The notes under the pieces are model-generated. The model saw nothing but the letters and a program-made list of their open reading frames with translations, searched no databases and was not told the DNA's origin. Shown here piece by piece: positions 48,201 through 58,740 of a stretch of 64,000 nt of DNA (position 1 is its first letter; each line of letters begins with the position of its first letter). The translations under genes and the position numbers were made by a program. Source of the stretch: Candidatus Poribacteria bacterium (GTDB lineage: Bacteria; Poribacteria; WGA-4E; WGA-3G); the NCBI GenBank assembly GCA_965215265.1, contig OZ244048.1, positions 1,792,001 to 1,856,000 on the forward strand, read 5' to 3'.

Positions 48201-51200
48201 ATGTCAGGATATTACAGCGCGCCAACCATTTGTGGTGAGACGATTGTTTTTGTGTGTGAAGATGATTTATGGACAGTTCCTGTGAGTGGTGGCATTGCCC
48301 GGCGGCTGACCTCCAATCTCGCCGCGGCGAATTCTCCGTGTTTATCGCCAGATGGTGAATCCCTAGCATTTGCCGGACGCGAAGAGGGGCCGGCGGAAGT
48401 TTACGTCATGCCGGCACTGGGTGGCGAGACGAAACGGCTCACCTATCAGGGCAGCAGCGTAACTATCGCCGGCTGGTCAGCCGATGCGCGCCAAATCCAG
48501 TATGCAAGTCGCGCCGGTGTGGCGTTTGATGCTTGGATATGGCAGGTTCCAGCACTCGGGGGTGAACCGGAACGTCTCGCTTACGGGCCCGCGAACCACA
48601 TTGCTTTCAGCCCAAGGAAAGGAACCCTCCTTGGCCGTTTAACCCGTGATCCAGCACGTTGGAAACGTTACCGTGGCGGTACCGCCGGACAACTTTGGAT
48701 TGATACCGAAGACACGCGCGAGTTTCAACGTCTTCTGCCGGCTGATGGGAATTTCACAAGCCCGATGTGGATAGGTGAGCGCATCTATTTCATTTCTGAC
48801 CACGAAGGAGTTGGAAATATTTACTCCTGCCTCCCAACCGGCGAAGTCCTCCAACGCCACACCCATCACGAGGAATACTACTGCCGTGCGGCACGGACGG
48901 ATGAAAACGCATCGTCTATCACGCCGGGGCGGAGCTGTTCGTTTACGATGCTGAGGAAGCTGTCAGCACCCACGTCAACGTTGAATTCCGGAGCCCCCGT
49001 ATACAGCGACAACGGAAATTCGTTAATACCGGACGGTATCTGCAAGAGTATGCACCAACACCTGACGGCCACGCTCTTGCCCTGACGGTACGAGGCAAAC
49101 CGTTTACCATGGCGAATTGGGAAGGGGCCGTCCTCCAGCACGGTATCCGCGATGGAGTCCGCTATCGTTTTACGCAGTGGCTTAACGATGGGAAACGTAT
49201 CGTCACCCTCTCCGATGCAGGTGGCGAAGAAGCACTAGAAATCCATACCTGCAACGGTGGCGATGAAAGCACTGAACAGGTACGCCTCGAAAATCTGGAT
49301 ATTGGACATGTGAGAGCACTTTCCGTTTCCCCGAAGAAAGATCGTGTTTGTGTCGTTAACCACCGGCTTGAGTTGCTGCTGGTTGATTTGGAGACAGCAT
49401 CACTTCACGTGCTCGATAAAAGCATTTATGGGCGCATCAGTGGGGCTTCCTGGTCACCTGATGGCAATTGCATCGCCTATAGTTGCCCTACCACCGAGAC
49501 AACTCGCTCCATTAAACTCTGCCAGGTGGAAACCGGTGAGAACTGGCTTATCACACCTCCAGAATTTACTGATGTTGCCCCAGCGTGGGACCCGGATGGA
49601 AAGTATCTCTATTTTCTCTCGTTTCGGGAATTCAATCCGGTCTACGATCAGCTTCACTTTGACCTCGGCTTTCCACAAGCGATGCGCCCGATGCTTATCA
49701 CCTTACAGAAAGAAGGAATGAATCCGTTCATTCCACAACCACATCCCCTTGAAGAAGAGAACGAAAATAGCGAAAAGGATGCTAACGAGAAGGAAGATAG
49801 CCAAGAAGAAGAAAAGAAGGCAGCCGAAGAGAAAATAGTTGCCATTGATATTGACGGCATTGAACACCGGATTATCGCTTTTCCGTATCCTCAAGGGAAT
49901 TATCGCCAGATTGCGGGTATTGAACGGAAAGCAATTTTCACCTCATATCCGATGCAACCGACCCTGCGCACACCCGGTGCTGACGACAGTGGCGGGCCTA
50001 AAGGCATCCTCCACGTCTACGATTTCAAAGAACAGAAAAAGGATACCCTCGTTACAGGTATCAGTGACTTTGAACTCTCACGCGATAATAAGACCCTCGT
50101 GTATTCTACAGGCAATAGGTTGCGCGTGCTCAAAGCCGGCAAGAAGGCAGAAGATGACGCAAAATCTGATAACAGAGGTAGTACCAACCGGCAGAGCGGC
50201 TGGATTGACCTTAACCGTGTCAAAGCGTCTGTCGTCCCGTCAGCAGAATGGACACAGATGTATCGAGAAGCATGGCGACTCCAGCGCGATTACTTCTGGA
50301 CCGAGGATATGTCCGGTGTCGATTGGGAACAGGTCTACCTACGTTATCTGTCCTTACTAGAACGCGTTGCCACCCGTGCTGAATTTTCTGACCTGATGTG
50401 GGAGATGCAAGGTGAACTCGGTACATCACACGCCTACGAATTCGGAGGCGATTATCGCAGATCACCGAATTACGCACAGGGGTTCCTCGGCGCGGATTTC
50501 ACCTACGATGCCGAACACAACGGATACCGTGTTACGCATATCCCGCACGGCGATGCATGGGACTCTACTAAGGAATCGCCGCTCAATGCCCCGGGGATTA
50601 ATATCAACGAAGGGGATATCCTACTCTCAATTGGTGGAGAACGTCTCAGTCGCGATATCTCGCCCGGTCAACTCTTGGTCAATCTCGCCGGGCAAGAAGT
50701 TCAAGCCACATTCCAGAAGGCAGAAGCCGGCGAAAAACGGACGCTAGCGCTTAAAGTACTTCGGAGCGAAAACGAATTACGGTATAGAGAATGGGTCAGC
50801 CAAAATCGGCGGTACGTCCACGAAAAAACAGACGGCAAGGTCGGGTATGTACACATTCCTGACATGGGCGGACGCGGGTATGCAGAATTCCATCGCGGCT
50901 TCCTCGCAGAAGTCAGCCATCCTGCCCTCATCGTTGATGTACGTTATAATGGCGGCGGACATGTTTCCCAACTCATCTTAGAGAAGCTTTCACGTCGCCG
51001 GATCGGCTATGATTTGCCGCGCTGGGGGACACCGCACCCATATCCGGATGCGTCCGTACTGGGTCCGATGGTCGCCGTTACAAACGAGAATGCAGGTTCA
51101 GACGGCGATATTTTCTCACACTGCTTTAAATTGATGAAGCTCGGGACTCTGATAGGCAAGCGCACGTGGGGCGGTGTCATCGGGATTTCGCCGCATCAAG

Positions 51201-51463
51201 GATTTGTCGACGGTGGCGGCACCACACAGCCTGAATACTCGTTCTGGTTCGTGGATGTCGGATGGCGCGTGGAAAACTACGGCACCGATCCAGACATTGA
51301 AGTAGACTACCGTCCGCAAGATTATGCTACGGACAGCGATCCGCAGCTGGACCGGGCGATTTCGGAGCTCCTGCAGCAGATGGAAGAAAAACCACCACAA
51401 CTGCCCGATTTTGGGGAACGTCCGCGTTTGACGCTGCCGACGCTGCCCAAGGAGTCATCGTGA
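48201..51463 (+). pseudogene. Tricorn protease (S41), split by a single-base frameshift near 48903
   Basis: IVFVCEDDLW, WKRYRGG, PDZ region, VGYVHIPDM, DVRYNGGG, GSDGD, GKRTWGG; adding one G restores TDGKRIVYHAGAELFVYD. Confidence 0.87.
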
Positions 51464-51566
51464 TTGGGAGCTCATTCCCATAGTGGCACAACACACGAGC
51501 TATCATTACATAGACGTTGATGGTACGAAGATATACGAAAATCATGGAGACAGTAGGAACTTCCCT

Positions 51567-52769
51567 ATGCGCATCCTCTGTGCGAACGTAGGCAGCACCT
51601 CGTTCAAGTACCAGATTATAGATATGGAAACCGGTGCCTCCCTTGTGAAGGGCGGTATAGAACGGATCGGACATTCGCTGTCGGCTTACACGCACGCGGT
51701 ACCGGGAAAGCCATCTCGTGAAGGGGATATCCATGCGCCGACGCATACCGATGCGATTGCGCACGCGATGCGCCTCATTACCGATATAGAAGTGGGCTGC
51801 CTCGCAGAGCTCGGTGAGTTGGACGGTGTTGGGTTCAAAACCATTCTTGCCAAAGGGTATTGGCGTTCCGCACGGATTACGGAAGATGTCATCGCAGCAT
51901 TAGAAACGTCTACGCCACTGGCTCCGATGCACAATCCTGCATATATTGCAGCGATTCGCGCCTTTCAAGAGTTGCTTCCAGAGATGCCGCTGGTTGCTGT
52001 ATTTGAGACGTGGTTCCATCAAACCGTCCCTGATTATGCCGCTGAATTCGGTGTACCGCGTTTCTGGGTAGAAAAACACGATGTCCGTCGATATGGCTAC
52101 CACGGGGCTTCACACCGATATATCTCCGAACGGGTGCCTGCAATGCTGGGACGTGAGTCGGGCAAAGGGCTTCGGATTATCTCATGCCACCTCGGAGGCA
52201 GTTCTTCTCTCTGTGCAATCAGAGACGGGGAATCCATTGACACCTCAATGGGCATGTCGACGCAATACGGTATGATTCAATCGACACGTTGCGGGGAGTT
52301 GGACGCGTTTGCAGTACTCTATGTGATGGACAAAGCCGGGTTTTCTACGGATGAGATTCGTCGCCAGTTAATAGAAGACTCTGGGATGAAAGGCATCTCT
52401 GGGACGAGTGGAGACATGCGTGATGTGGAAGAGGCAATCAAAGCCGGAGATGACAACGCACGCTTGGCTTTAGAAACCTACATTTATGGTGTGAAAAAGT
52501 ACATCGGTGCGTACATCGCTGTGCTGAAGGGTATTGATGTCATTGCGTTCGCAGGGGGCATCGGTGAGAAGAGTGCATTGACACGCGCAAAAATCTGCGA
52601 AGGACTTGAGTGGTGTGGCATTCACATTGATGCCGCCAAAAATCAGCGGACACTGGGTGAGGCGCATATTTCTGCAAGAGATAGCCGCACCAAAATCCTT
52701 GTTGTCTCCACCAATGAAGAGATTATCGTTGCGCGTGAGACTGCACGAGTGATAATAGCAGATCTATAG
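51567..52769 (+). CDS. ackA: Acetate/propionate kinase
   Basis: NVGSTSFKY, APMHNP, RRYGYHGASH, CHLGGSSS, DTSMG, TNEE; ORF-track 5' extension is repeat DNA. Confidence 0.88.
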   Translation: MRILCANVGSTSFKYQIIDMETGASLVKGGIERIGHSLSAYTHAVPGKPSREGDIHAPTHTDAIAHAMRLITDIEVGCLAELGELDGVGFKTILAKGYWRSARITEDVIAALETSTPLAPMHNPAYIAAIRAFQELLPEMPLVAVFETWFHQTVPDYAAEFGVPRFWVEKHDVRRYGYHGASHRYISERVPAMLGRESGKGLRIISCHLGGSSSLCAIRDGESIDTSMGMSTQYGMIQSTRCGELDAFAVLYVMDKAGFSTDEIRRQLIEDSGMKGISGTSGDMRDVEEAIKAGDDNARLALETYIYGVKKYIGAYIAVLKGIDVIAFAGGIGEKSALTRAKICEGLEWCGIHIDAAKNQRTLGEAHISARDSRTKILVVSTNEEIIVARETARVIIADL

Positions 52770-52774
52770 ATTGG

Positions 52775-53070
52775 TTTTTCGGCTATAGGAGCCCGTAACA
52801 AGGTTTATGTAATGCTAAGTCCTTTACAAATCTCGTTCTTTCGTCTACAGGAGCCCAATGACGCTCTATGTTTTGTAAAATCTGTGAAAATCTCGTCTGA
52901 GCCGTCTGGGGTTTTGACTTTAAAGACATTACCTAGTGCGTCTCCGACGAGTTTTACACACGAGTACTCATGACATAAGCGTTGATGGTACCAAGATATA
53001 CAAAAAAACGAGATTTACATCGGATTAACCACAACCTAAACCTTTACGGTACGGATATATACAAAAAAAC
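52775..53070 (+). repeat. Composite family-A cluster
   Basis: Contains a near-identical copy of 28851-29007. Confidence 0.85.
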
Positions 53071-53083
53071 GATAACTACATTA

Positions 53084-53878
53084 TTACATAAGATATTCGC
53101 GTTCCCGGAAAGTGCGAATGGCGAGCCATAGAAATCCAGCTGTCATCAGGCAGAGGACACCAAATGCTATCCACGCAGAGGGTGGTGCATCCCCGAGCAT
53201 CCCGTTGAGCATGTCCGGTTGTAATCTGTAAGTCGGAAATAAACTCAAAAGGTAATGCTTCACGGATAGCCGTTTGATGCTGGTTTGCAGAATCGGTGCT
53301 AGCGTAAGTTGTTCCCATCCTAAGACGAATAGGAGACCCCATAGTACTGGGTGTTTAAACCGTGCTGCTAAAACCGCTGCCAGTGTACCGTAGGTTAGCA
53401 GCGTCAATGCCAATGATGCACTGTAACGTAAACTCATCCCAAAATGAAACAAAACCCCTTTTTCCAACTTTGGATGTGTCACGACGATAGCAGTCAGAAT
53501 CAAGTGTGATACAGTAATCAGGACTACCGTTCCTACCAGATAAGCAGTGAATTTGCTGAGTAGAATGACGGATTTGCGGAGGGGCCGCATCTGGAGGTAC
53601 GTCAAACCTTTGCCATCTACCTCGTCGGATATAATTGCTGTACCGTAAAAAATCGCACAGAGGGACGTTAAAAGTCCATAGAGGCTCAACGTTATATACG
53701 GAATGAAACTGTTCACGTCCCCCATCCTTTCCGAGACAAACCGAAATACGATGGTGATAACAAGTGAGAACAAGCATCCGAGTAGGATGAGAACCGTCTT
53801 GCGGCTCCAAAACATCTGACGCAGTGTGACTTTGAAGAGAGCGGTATACGGAGAAAAGGAACCTGTGTTAGTAGCCAC
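53084..53878 (-). CDS. ABC-2 type transporter permease
   Basis: About 6 TM helices, ISDEVDGKGLTYLQMRPLRKSVILLSKF. Confidence 0.82.
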   Translation of the reverse strand: MATNTGSFSPYTALFKVTLRQMFWSRKTVLILLGCLFSLVITIVFRFVSERMGDVNSFIPYITLSLYGLLTSLCAIFYGTAIISDEVDGKGLTYLQMRPLRKSVILLSKFTAYLVGTVVLITVSHLILTAIVVTHPKLEKGVLFHFGMSLRYSASLALTLLTYGTLAAVLAARFKHPVLWGLLFVLGWEQLTLAPILQTSIKRLSVKHYLLSLFPTYRLQPDMLNGMLGDAPPSAWIAFGVLCLMTAGFLWLAIRTFREREYLM

Positions 53879-53921
53879 CTACAGTTTGCCTCTCATTGAA
53901 TTCGAATCTTTTCTGCAATAT

Positions 53922-53950
53922 ATAGTAGCATGAAGTTGTGGATTTAGCAA
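53922..53950 (-). promoter_or_regulatory. Sigma70-type promoter (divergent pair, left)
   Basis: On the minus strand TTGCTA-17 bp-TACTAT. Confidence 0.5.
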
Positions 53951-54131
53951 GTGTTTTTAGACCGGAACTACGGCGATTCTGTTTTTACGACAGTTGCAGC
54001 TTTCGTTGTAAGTCCATCGATATCTTTTCCAGACTTGCACAACTTGTGGATAATAGGAAATTGATGGGATGCATCCAGAAACTGGCACACCACATTTGCC
54101 TTATCCGTTCCGAGGATAAAAACAGGAAAAT

Positions 54132-54161
54132 TTGCATCTTTATTTAAGTGTGTGCTATAAT
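54132..54161 (+). promoter_or_regulatory. Sigma70-type promoter (divergent pair, right)
   Basis: TTGCAT-18 bp-TATAAT with extended TGn. Confidence 0.6.
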
Positions 54162-54289
54162 AATTTAGAACCAAAAATTACTATTTTTGCATGGCTGATG
54201 TGATGCTGCCATGCGTTTGGACTCCGTAATATAGGGCTTTGAGTTTGTCCCTATATTCTCGGGGGTTATTAACATAAGGAGGTTTACTT

Positions 54290-54991
54290 ATGCGCGTTAT
54301 GATGCTGATGGCAATTTTTAGTTTCACTGTTTTTCCAGCATTTGCTCAGAAATATGTCAGCTGGGAAGCAGAGGACTTTGATGCTATAAATGGCGACAAA
54401 TTTGAAGTCTTTGAAGTGCCTTCCGACCAGCCGGGAAACGCCGAAGAGGGTGTAGAGGATTACACCGTTGCTGAAGCATCCGGTGGGGCTTTTATCGGTT
54501 CCCCGAATGGTGTGAGCAATGATGGAGATGCCTGGGTCAAATATACATTCTCAGTGGAAGCAGACGATTGGCATTTCTGGGGCCGTGTCATCGCACCTTC
54601 AGTTGCTGATAATTCGATGTATTGGGCATTTGATATTGCCGATGGCGATGCTGTTTCTAATAACAATGATACGATAAATATCTGGGATTTCTTTGAGGCG
54701 GAGTCACTTCGGGTTAACTATACCACAGAGTGGGTCTGGTTTCGATTGAACACGCGTGATGGTCCCTTTGAAGGCACGGAGCTCGTCCAACACGGCGACG
54801 ACCCGGTACCGGTGAATTTGACAGATGGAGAGCATACGTTACATCTGGTGCATCGCGAAGACGGAACGTACGTTGACCAAATTTTCGCCACAACGGATGT
54901 TGCCTTTAATCCGAATGAGACGCATCCGCAAACTCCCGTTGAACCGCAAAACAAGTTGGCGATAACTTGGGGAACACTCAAACTGAGATAA
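54290..54991 (+). CDS. Secreted acidic beta-sandwich (CBM-like) protein
   Basis: Signal peptide ...PAFAQ; WEAEDF, GEHTLHLVHREDG; C-terminal VEPQNKLAITWGTLK; aggagg RBS. Confidence 0.85.
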   Translation: MRVMMLMAIFSFTVFPAFAQKYVSWEAEDFDAINGDKFEVFEVPSDQPGNAEEGVEDYTVAEASGGAFIGSPNGVSNDGDAWVKYTFSVEADDWHFWGRVIAPSVADNSMYWAFDIADGDAVSNNNDTINIWDFFEAESLRVNYTTEWVWFRLNTRDGPFEGTELVQHGDDPVPVNLTDGEHTLHLVHREDGTYVDQIFATTDVAFNPNETHPQTPVEPQNKLAITWGTLKLR

Positions 54992-55113
54992 GTGAATGGA
55001 AATGGCCAAATCCATTCAGCCTTTGGGCGGGTGACTTTGAATAATGAAAAAGGCCTCGCTTTTTTCATTGTTTCGCCCAGGGGCTGGCGTAGTGAAAAAC
55101 TAACTGCAGTCAG

Positions 55114-56010
55114 ATGGACAATATATTTTTGCGATGGTGGGGATGTGGTGCTTTTGATGCCCGTTTCGGGGATGTGAACATTGCATTCGACCCGTATCTA
55201 TTCAACAAGAATCTGGCGGATGCCGAACCGATATACGATTACATCTTCATTTCGCATGAACACTTCGACCACTGTCACCCGGATTCATTGCGAAAATTAT
55301 GTCGCGGGCCTCGGTTTAAAAAGTTATTTGTGAACCCCGGCTGCATCACGCCTGCCGAACCGATATCGGAAAAATATGGGGATGCGGCTTTTGAACGCGA
55401 CTTACCGATTACGAAACACGTCCCCGCGGATAAGGTTGAGGTTCTCTATCCGCAACATTTGAATGAACATCATGGTCTTTCACGCGCCTTTCCGCCGGGG
55501 CGTACCTCGGCGACGCTCGGTCAACTTCAGGTTGAAACGATTGAGAGCGGCGAGAATCAAGGACCACTTCTGCCGACAAACGGTTATTTAATAACCCATA
55601 CCTCAAAAAATGTTTCCATTCTACACACCGGAGATTTGCACGAACCTTATCCAGCGTTGGCAAACCTTCGCGGTAGGGTAGATTTTCTCATTCACATGAA
55701 ACTTGGGCTCGGCGTGGGCCTTCACGAGCGGCTGATAGAATTGGTGGAGTCCATCCAACCACGTTTCATGATACCGACACACTACCGAACAGATCGGAAA
55801 TCAGATCCGGTGCCGGAGGGGCACTGGCCGCCAAATGTCACCGATGAGATGGCGTTTATAGAGGCAATACGCGCTATAGTAGACGATAGGACGCGAATCC
55901 TCCCTTTCACGGCCGGGATAGAATATGAGATACAGATGCCGATGAAGCAGGTTATTTGGAAATGGGAGTGGTTCAACACCTGGGATATCCCACCGTGGCG
56001 AGAAAGTTAA
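55114..56010 (+). CDS. MBL-fold metallo-hydrolase (UlaG-like)
   Basis: FDPYL, ISHEHFDH, HTGD, IPTHY. Confidence 0.87.
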   Translation: MDNIFLRWWGCGAFDARFGDVNIAFDPYLFNKNLADAEPIYDYIFISHEHFDHCHPDSLRKLCRGPRFKKLFVNPGCITPAEPISEKYGDAAFERDLPITKHVPADKVEVLYPQHLNEHHGLSRAFPPGRTSATLGQLQVETIESGENQGPLLPTNGYLITHTSKNVSILHTGDLHEPYPALANLRGRVDFLIHMKLGLGVGLHERLIELVESIQPRFMIPTHYRTDRKSDPVPEGHWPPNVTDEMAFIEAIRAIVDDRTRILPFTAGIEYEIQMPMKQVIWKWEWFNTWDIPPWRES

Positions 56011-56038
56011 ACAGCAGCGGCGGCGTATTAGGAGAATT

Positions 56039-57067
56039 TTGACAGTGTCAACAACTTCACGTTTACGTGTTGCCATTTATGGATGCGGAAATTTTGCGAA
56101 CCGGACCCGGATACCGAATTTGCTGCAACTGGATTCAGTTGACATCGTCGCTATATCCGATAGCAACCTGCAAGTAGGACGGGAAACTGCGAAAAACTTT
56201 AACCTTCCACGTGTTTATCAGAATGCCCACGAAATGCTTGATACCGAATCAATTGACATCTTATATTCAATTGTACCTGCGTACGTGCGAACTGATGTTG
56301 AGGTCCGGGCAGCAGAGAGTGGAATCCATCTTTTCAGTGAAAAACCACAAGCTTTGACTATGCAGGTTGCCCGGCGAATTGACAGCGCGGTTCGCAAATC
56401 AGGTGTTATCAGCACTGTCGGTTTTCGTGAGCGGTATCGCCCACTCTTTCAAGAGGCACGCAAGTATTTAGCAGAGAAGGAGATTGTCCACGTTCGGTTT
56501 CAAAGTTTTGGCGGGCTACCCCCAAGTACGCAAACAGAAGAGGCGCAAACATGGTGGGCAGAGATGGACAAATCCGGCGGCCGCGCCTTGGATTGGGGTG
56601 TTCATGCAACTGACTATAGCCGGTTTATGACAGGTTTAAACGTTGTCCGTGCGCAGGCGTTTTATTGTGAACGTTCAATGTATGCAACGGCGTTATCGTC
56701 GAGTTTCAATTACTCCTTTGACAATGGCGCGACGATGACACTCAACTTTGTCTCAGCCGGACCGAGTCCGAACGAGGAACCGTGGTTTACCGTTTTCTAT
56801 GAAGGCGGATGCCTCACAATTTATAAGTATGAACGGATTGAAGTCAATAACCAGGCCGTCTATCGCGCAGACGAATTCGATCCGTGGCTAGAACAGGATA
56901 CAACGTTTATCCGCGCCGTTCAGAATGCCGAGCCAAGCCTGCTGCTTAACGATTACCACGATGGACTCTTCTCTTTAGCTCCCGTCTTAGCGGGGTGGGA
57001 GTCCAGCCATCGACATGGAGAATGTATCGATGTACAGGCTTTCATGGCTCCTGAAGCAGGAGAATAG
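56039..57067 (+). CDS. Gfo/Idh/MocA family oxidoreductase
   Basis: VAIYGCGNFA, HLFSEKP, SGGRALDWGVH. Confidence 0.9.
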   Translation: MTVSTTSRLRVAIYGCGNFANRTRIPNLLQLDSVDIVAISDSNLQVGRETAKNFNLPRVYQNAHEMLDTESIDILYSIVPAYVRTDVEVRAAESGIHLFSEKPQALTMQVARRIDSAVRKSGVISTVGFRERYRPLFQEARKYLAEKEIVHVRFQSFGGLPPSTQTEEAQTWWAEMDKSGGRALDWGVHATDYSRFMTGLNVVRAQAFYCERSMYATALSSSFNYSFDNGATMTLNFVSAGPSPNEEPWFTVFYEGGCLTIYKYERIEVNNQAVYRADEFDPWLEQDTTFIRAVQNAEPSLLLNDYHDGLFSLAPVLAGWESSHRHGECIDVQAFMAPEAGE

Positions 57068-57116
57068 GAACGCTTAGCCTTTCCGTTCATGCATATTGAT
57101 AGGTAGGGGTTTAACC

Positions 57117-57345
57117 TTTCGTATAGTGCAGCACAACACCGATGGATTTAATGAACCACCTAGCACAAATCTTGTTCTTTCGTCTACAGGAGCCCGTAAC
57201 AAGACTGCCCAGTGGGTGGCAGGTAAAAGGTAATCTTTTTTCATGGACAGAAAAAGAATACCTATCCTGCCACTGCAATGTTAAAACCTGTGAAACGGTA
57301 ATTAACATAACCAATAGCGTTATAGGGCTGACATAGACAAAAACG
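57117..57345 (+). repeat. Family-A composite with nested family-B (57208-57272)
   Basis: aagactg|cccagtggg-tggcagg...cctgcca|ctgcaatg. Confidence 0.85.
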
Positions 57346-57376
57346 GAAATATACCAAAAAAGGAGAACGATAAAAA

Positions 57377-57592
57377 ATGGATGCGAAATTGAAAAAGATT
57401 CAGATTACCCCGATGAAATATGACAAAGATGGCGAAGTGCAGAAAGAAGAATTCGCGACGCTCACGATTGAAGTGCCGATGGATAGCGTCAGCCAACGCG
57501 CTGCAATTATGGAGCTCTGTGAACTGCTCAGCCAAGAATGGGTTGTCGTTGAGGTTGAGGGCAAAACAGTCGTGGCTGTAGGAACAGCTTGA
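57377..57592 (+). CDS. Small hypothetical protein (71 aa)
   Basis: aggag RBS, protein-like composition, abuts the next gene. Confidence 0.7.
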   Translation: MDAKLKKIQITPMKYDKDGEVQKEEFATLTIEVPMDSVSQRAAIMELCELLSQEWVVVEVEGKTVVAVGTA

Positions 57593-57597
57593 TAATA

Positions 57598-58740
57598 ATG
57601 AAAAAAAGTTTTCTCTTTACGCCCGGTCCTACGCCAATCCCGCCTGAGGCGTTGTTGGCGATGGCACAGCCCATTGACTACCACCGGAGCGATGCTTCGA
57701 CACTCTTAATTAAAGACGTTTTGGCAAAACTCAAAATTGTCTTTCAAACCGAGAACGACGTTCTCTTTTTGACAACATCCGGTACGGGCGCAATGGAGGG
57801 TGCGGTTGCGAATCTGTTGTGTAGCGGGGACCGGGTGCTTGTGATTCGGAGTGGTAAATTTGGTGAACGGTGGGGGGAAATCTGTGAGGCGTACGGGGTT
57901 GAAATCATTCCGATTGATGTAACGTGGGGTGATTCTGTTGAACCGCAGGTCGTGGAATCGCATTTGGCTGCATCGCCTGATGTCAAAGCGGTTTTTGCGA
58001 CACTGTGTGAAACGTCGACAGGTGCCTTGCATGACATTGAGGCACTAGCAGGTTTGACGCAAACGGGCTCAGCCTTGTTGGTTGTTGATGCCGTGAGCGC
58101 ACTCAGTGCCGATGATTTACAAATGGACAATTGGGGGGTTGATGTCGTAGTCTCCTGTTCACAAAAAGGGTTGATGACACCACCGGGGCTTGCGTTCGCT
58201 GCGCTTAATGATCGAGCATGGGATGCAGTTGTGCGTTCTGATTTGCCGAAGTACTACCTAGACTTCCGCAAGGCACGGGACACCGGTTTGGACGGCTCTG
58301 CGCCCTATACGCCGGCAGTAACCCTCCTGAGTGCACTGCAAGCCGCGTTAAATCGTGTTTGTGCTGAGGGGGTTCGTACTGTCATCAGCCGCCATGCTCG
58401 GTTGGCACTTGCAGCACGACGTGCAGTCAAGGCAATTGGGTTAGAGCTCTTCGCGACGCATCCTGCTAATATGTTAACCTCCATTCGTTTGCCCGAGTCA
58501 GTTGATGGGAAGGCATTTATCAAGTTAATGCGAGACAGATACGGTATTACATACGCGGGCGGGCAGGCACAATTAAGTGGTAAAATTGCACGAATTGCAC
58601 ACCTCGGTTGGATGAATGAAAACGATGTCATCGTAGCAATAGCAGCCTTTGAGAGAGGCCTGGTGGAGCTCGGTTGCGATATTCCGCTCGGGGCTGGTGT
58701 CCATGCAGCGCAAGAGGTTTTTGCATCCATTGGAAACTGA
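57598..58740 (+). CDS. Class V PLP-dependent aminotransferase (alanine/serine-glyoxylate type)
   Basis: LFTPGPTP, SGTGAME, VDAVS, SQKGLMTPPG, RIAHLG. Confidence 0.92.
   Translation: MKKSFLFTPGPTPIPPEALLAMAQPIDYHRSDASTLLIKDVLAKLKIVFQTENDVLFLTTSGTGAMEGAVANLLCSGDRVLVIRSGKFGERWGEICEAYGVEIIPIDVTWGDSVEPQVVESHLAASPDVKAVFATLCETSTGALHDIEALAGLTQTGSALLVVDAVSALSADDLQMDNWGVDVVVSCSQKGLMTPPGLAFAALNDRAWDAVVRSDLPKYYLDFRKARDTGLDGSAPYTPAVTLLSALQAALNRVCAEGVRTVISRHARLALAARRAVKAIGLELFATHPANMLTSIRLPESVDGKAFIKLMRDRYGITYAGGQAQLSGKIARIAHLGWMNENDVIVAIAAFERGLVELGCDIPLGAGVHAAQEVFASIGN

Noticed and set aside
51483-51566. N-terminal extension of ackA
   Set aside because: Consists of family-A repeat sequence; kinase homology begins at MRILCAN (51567)
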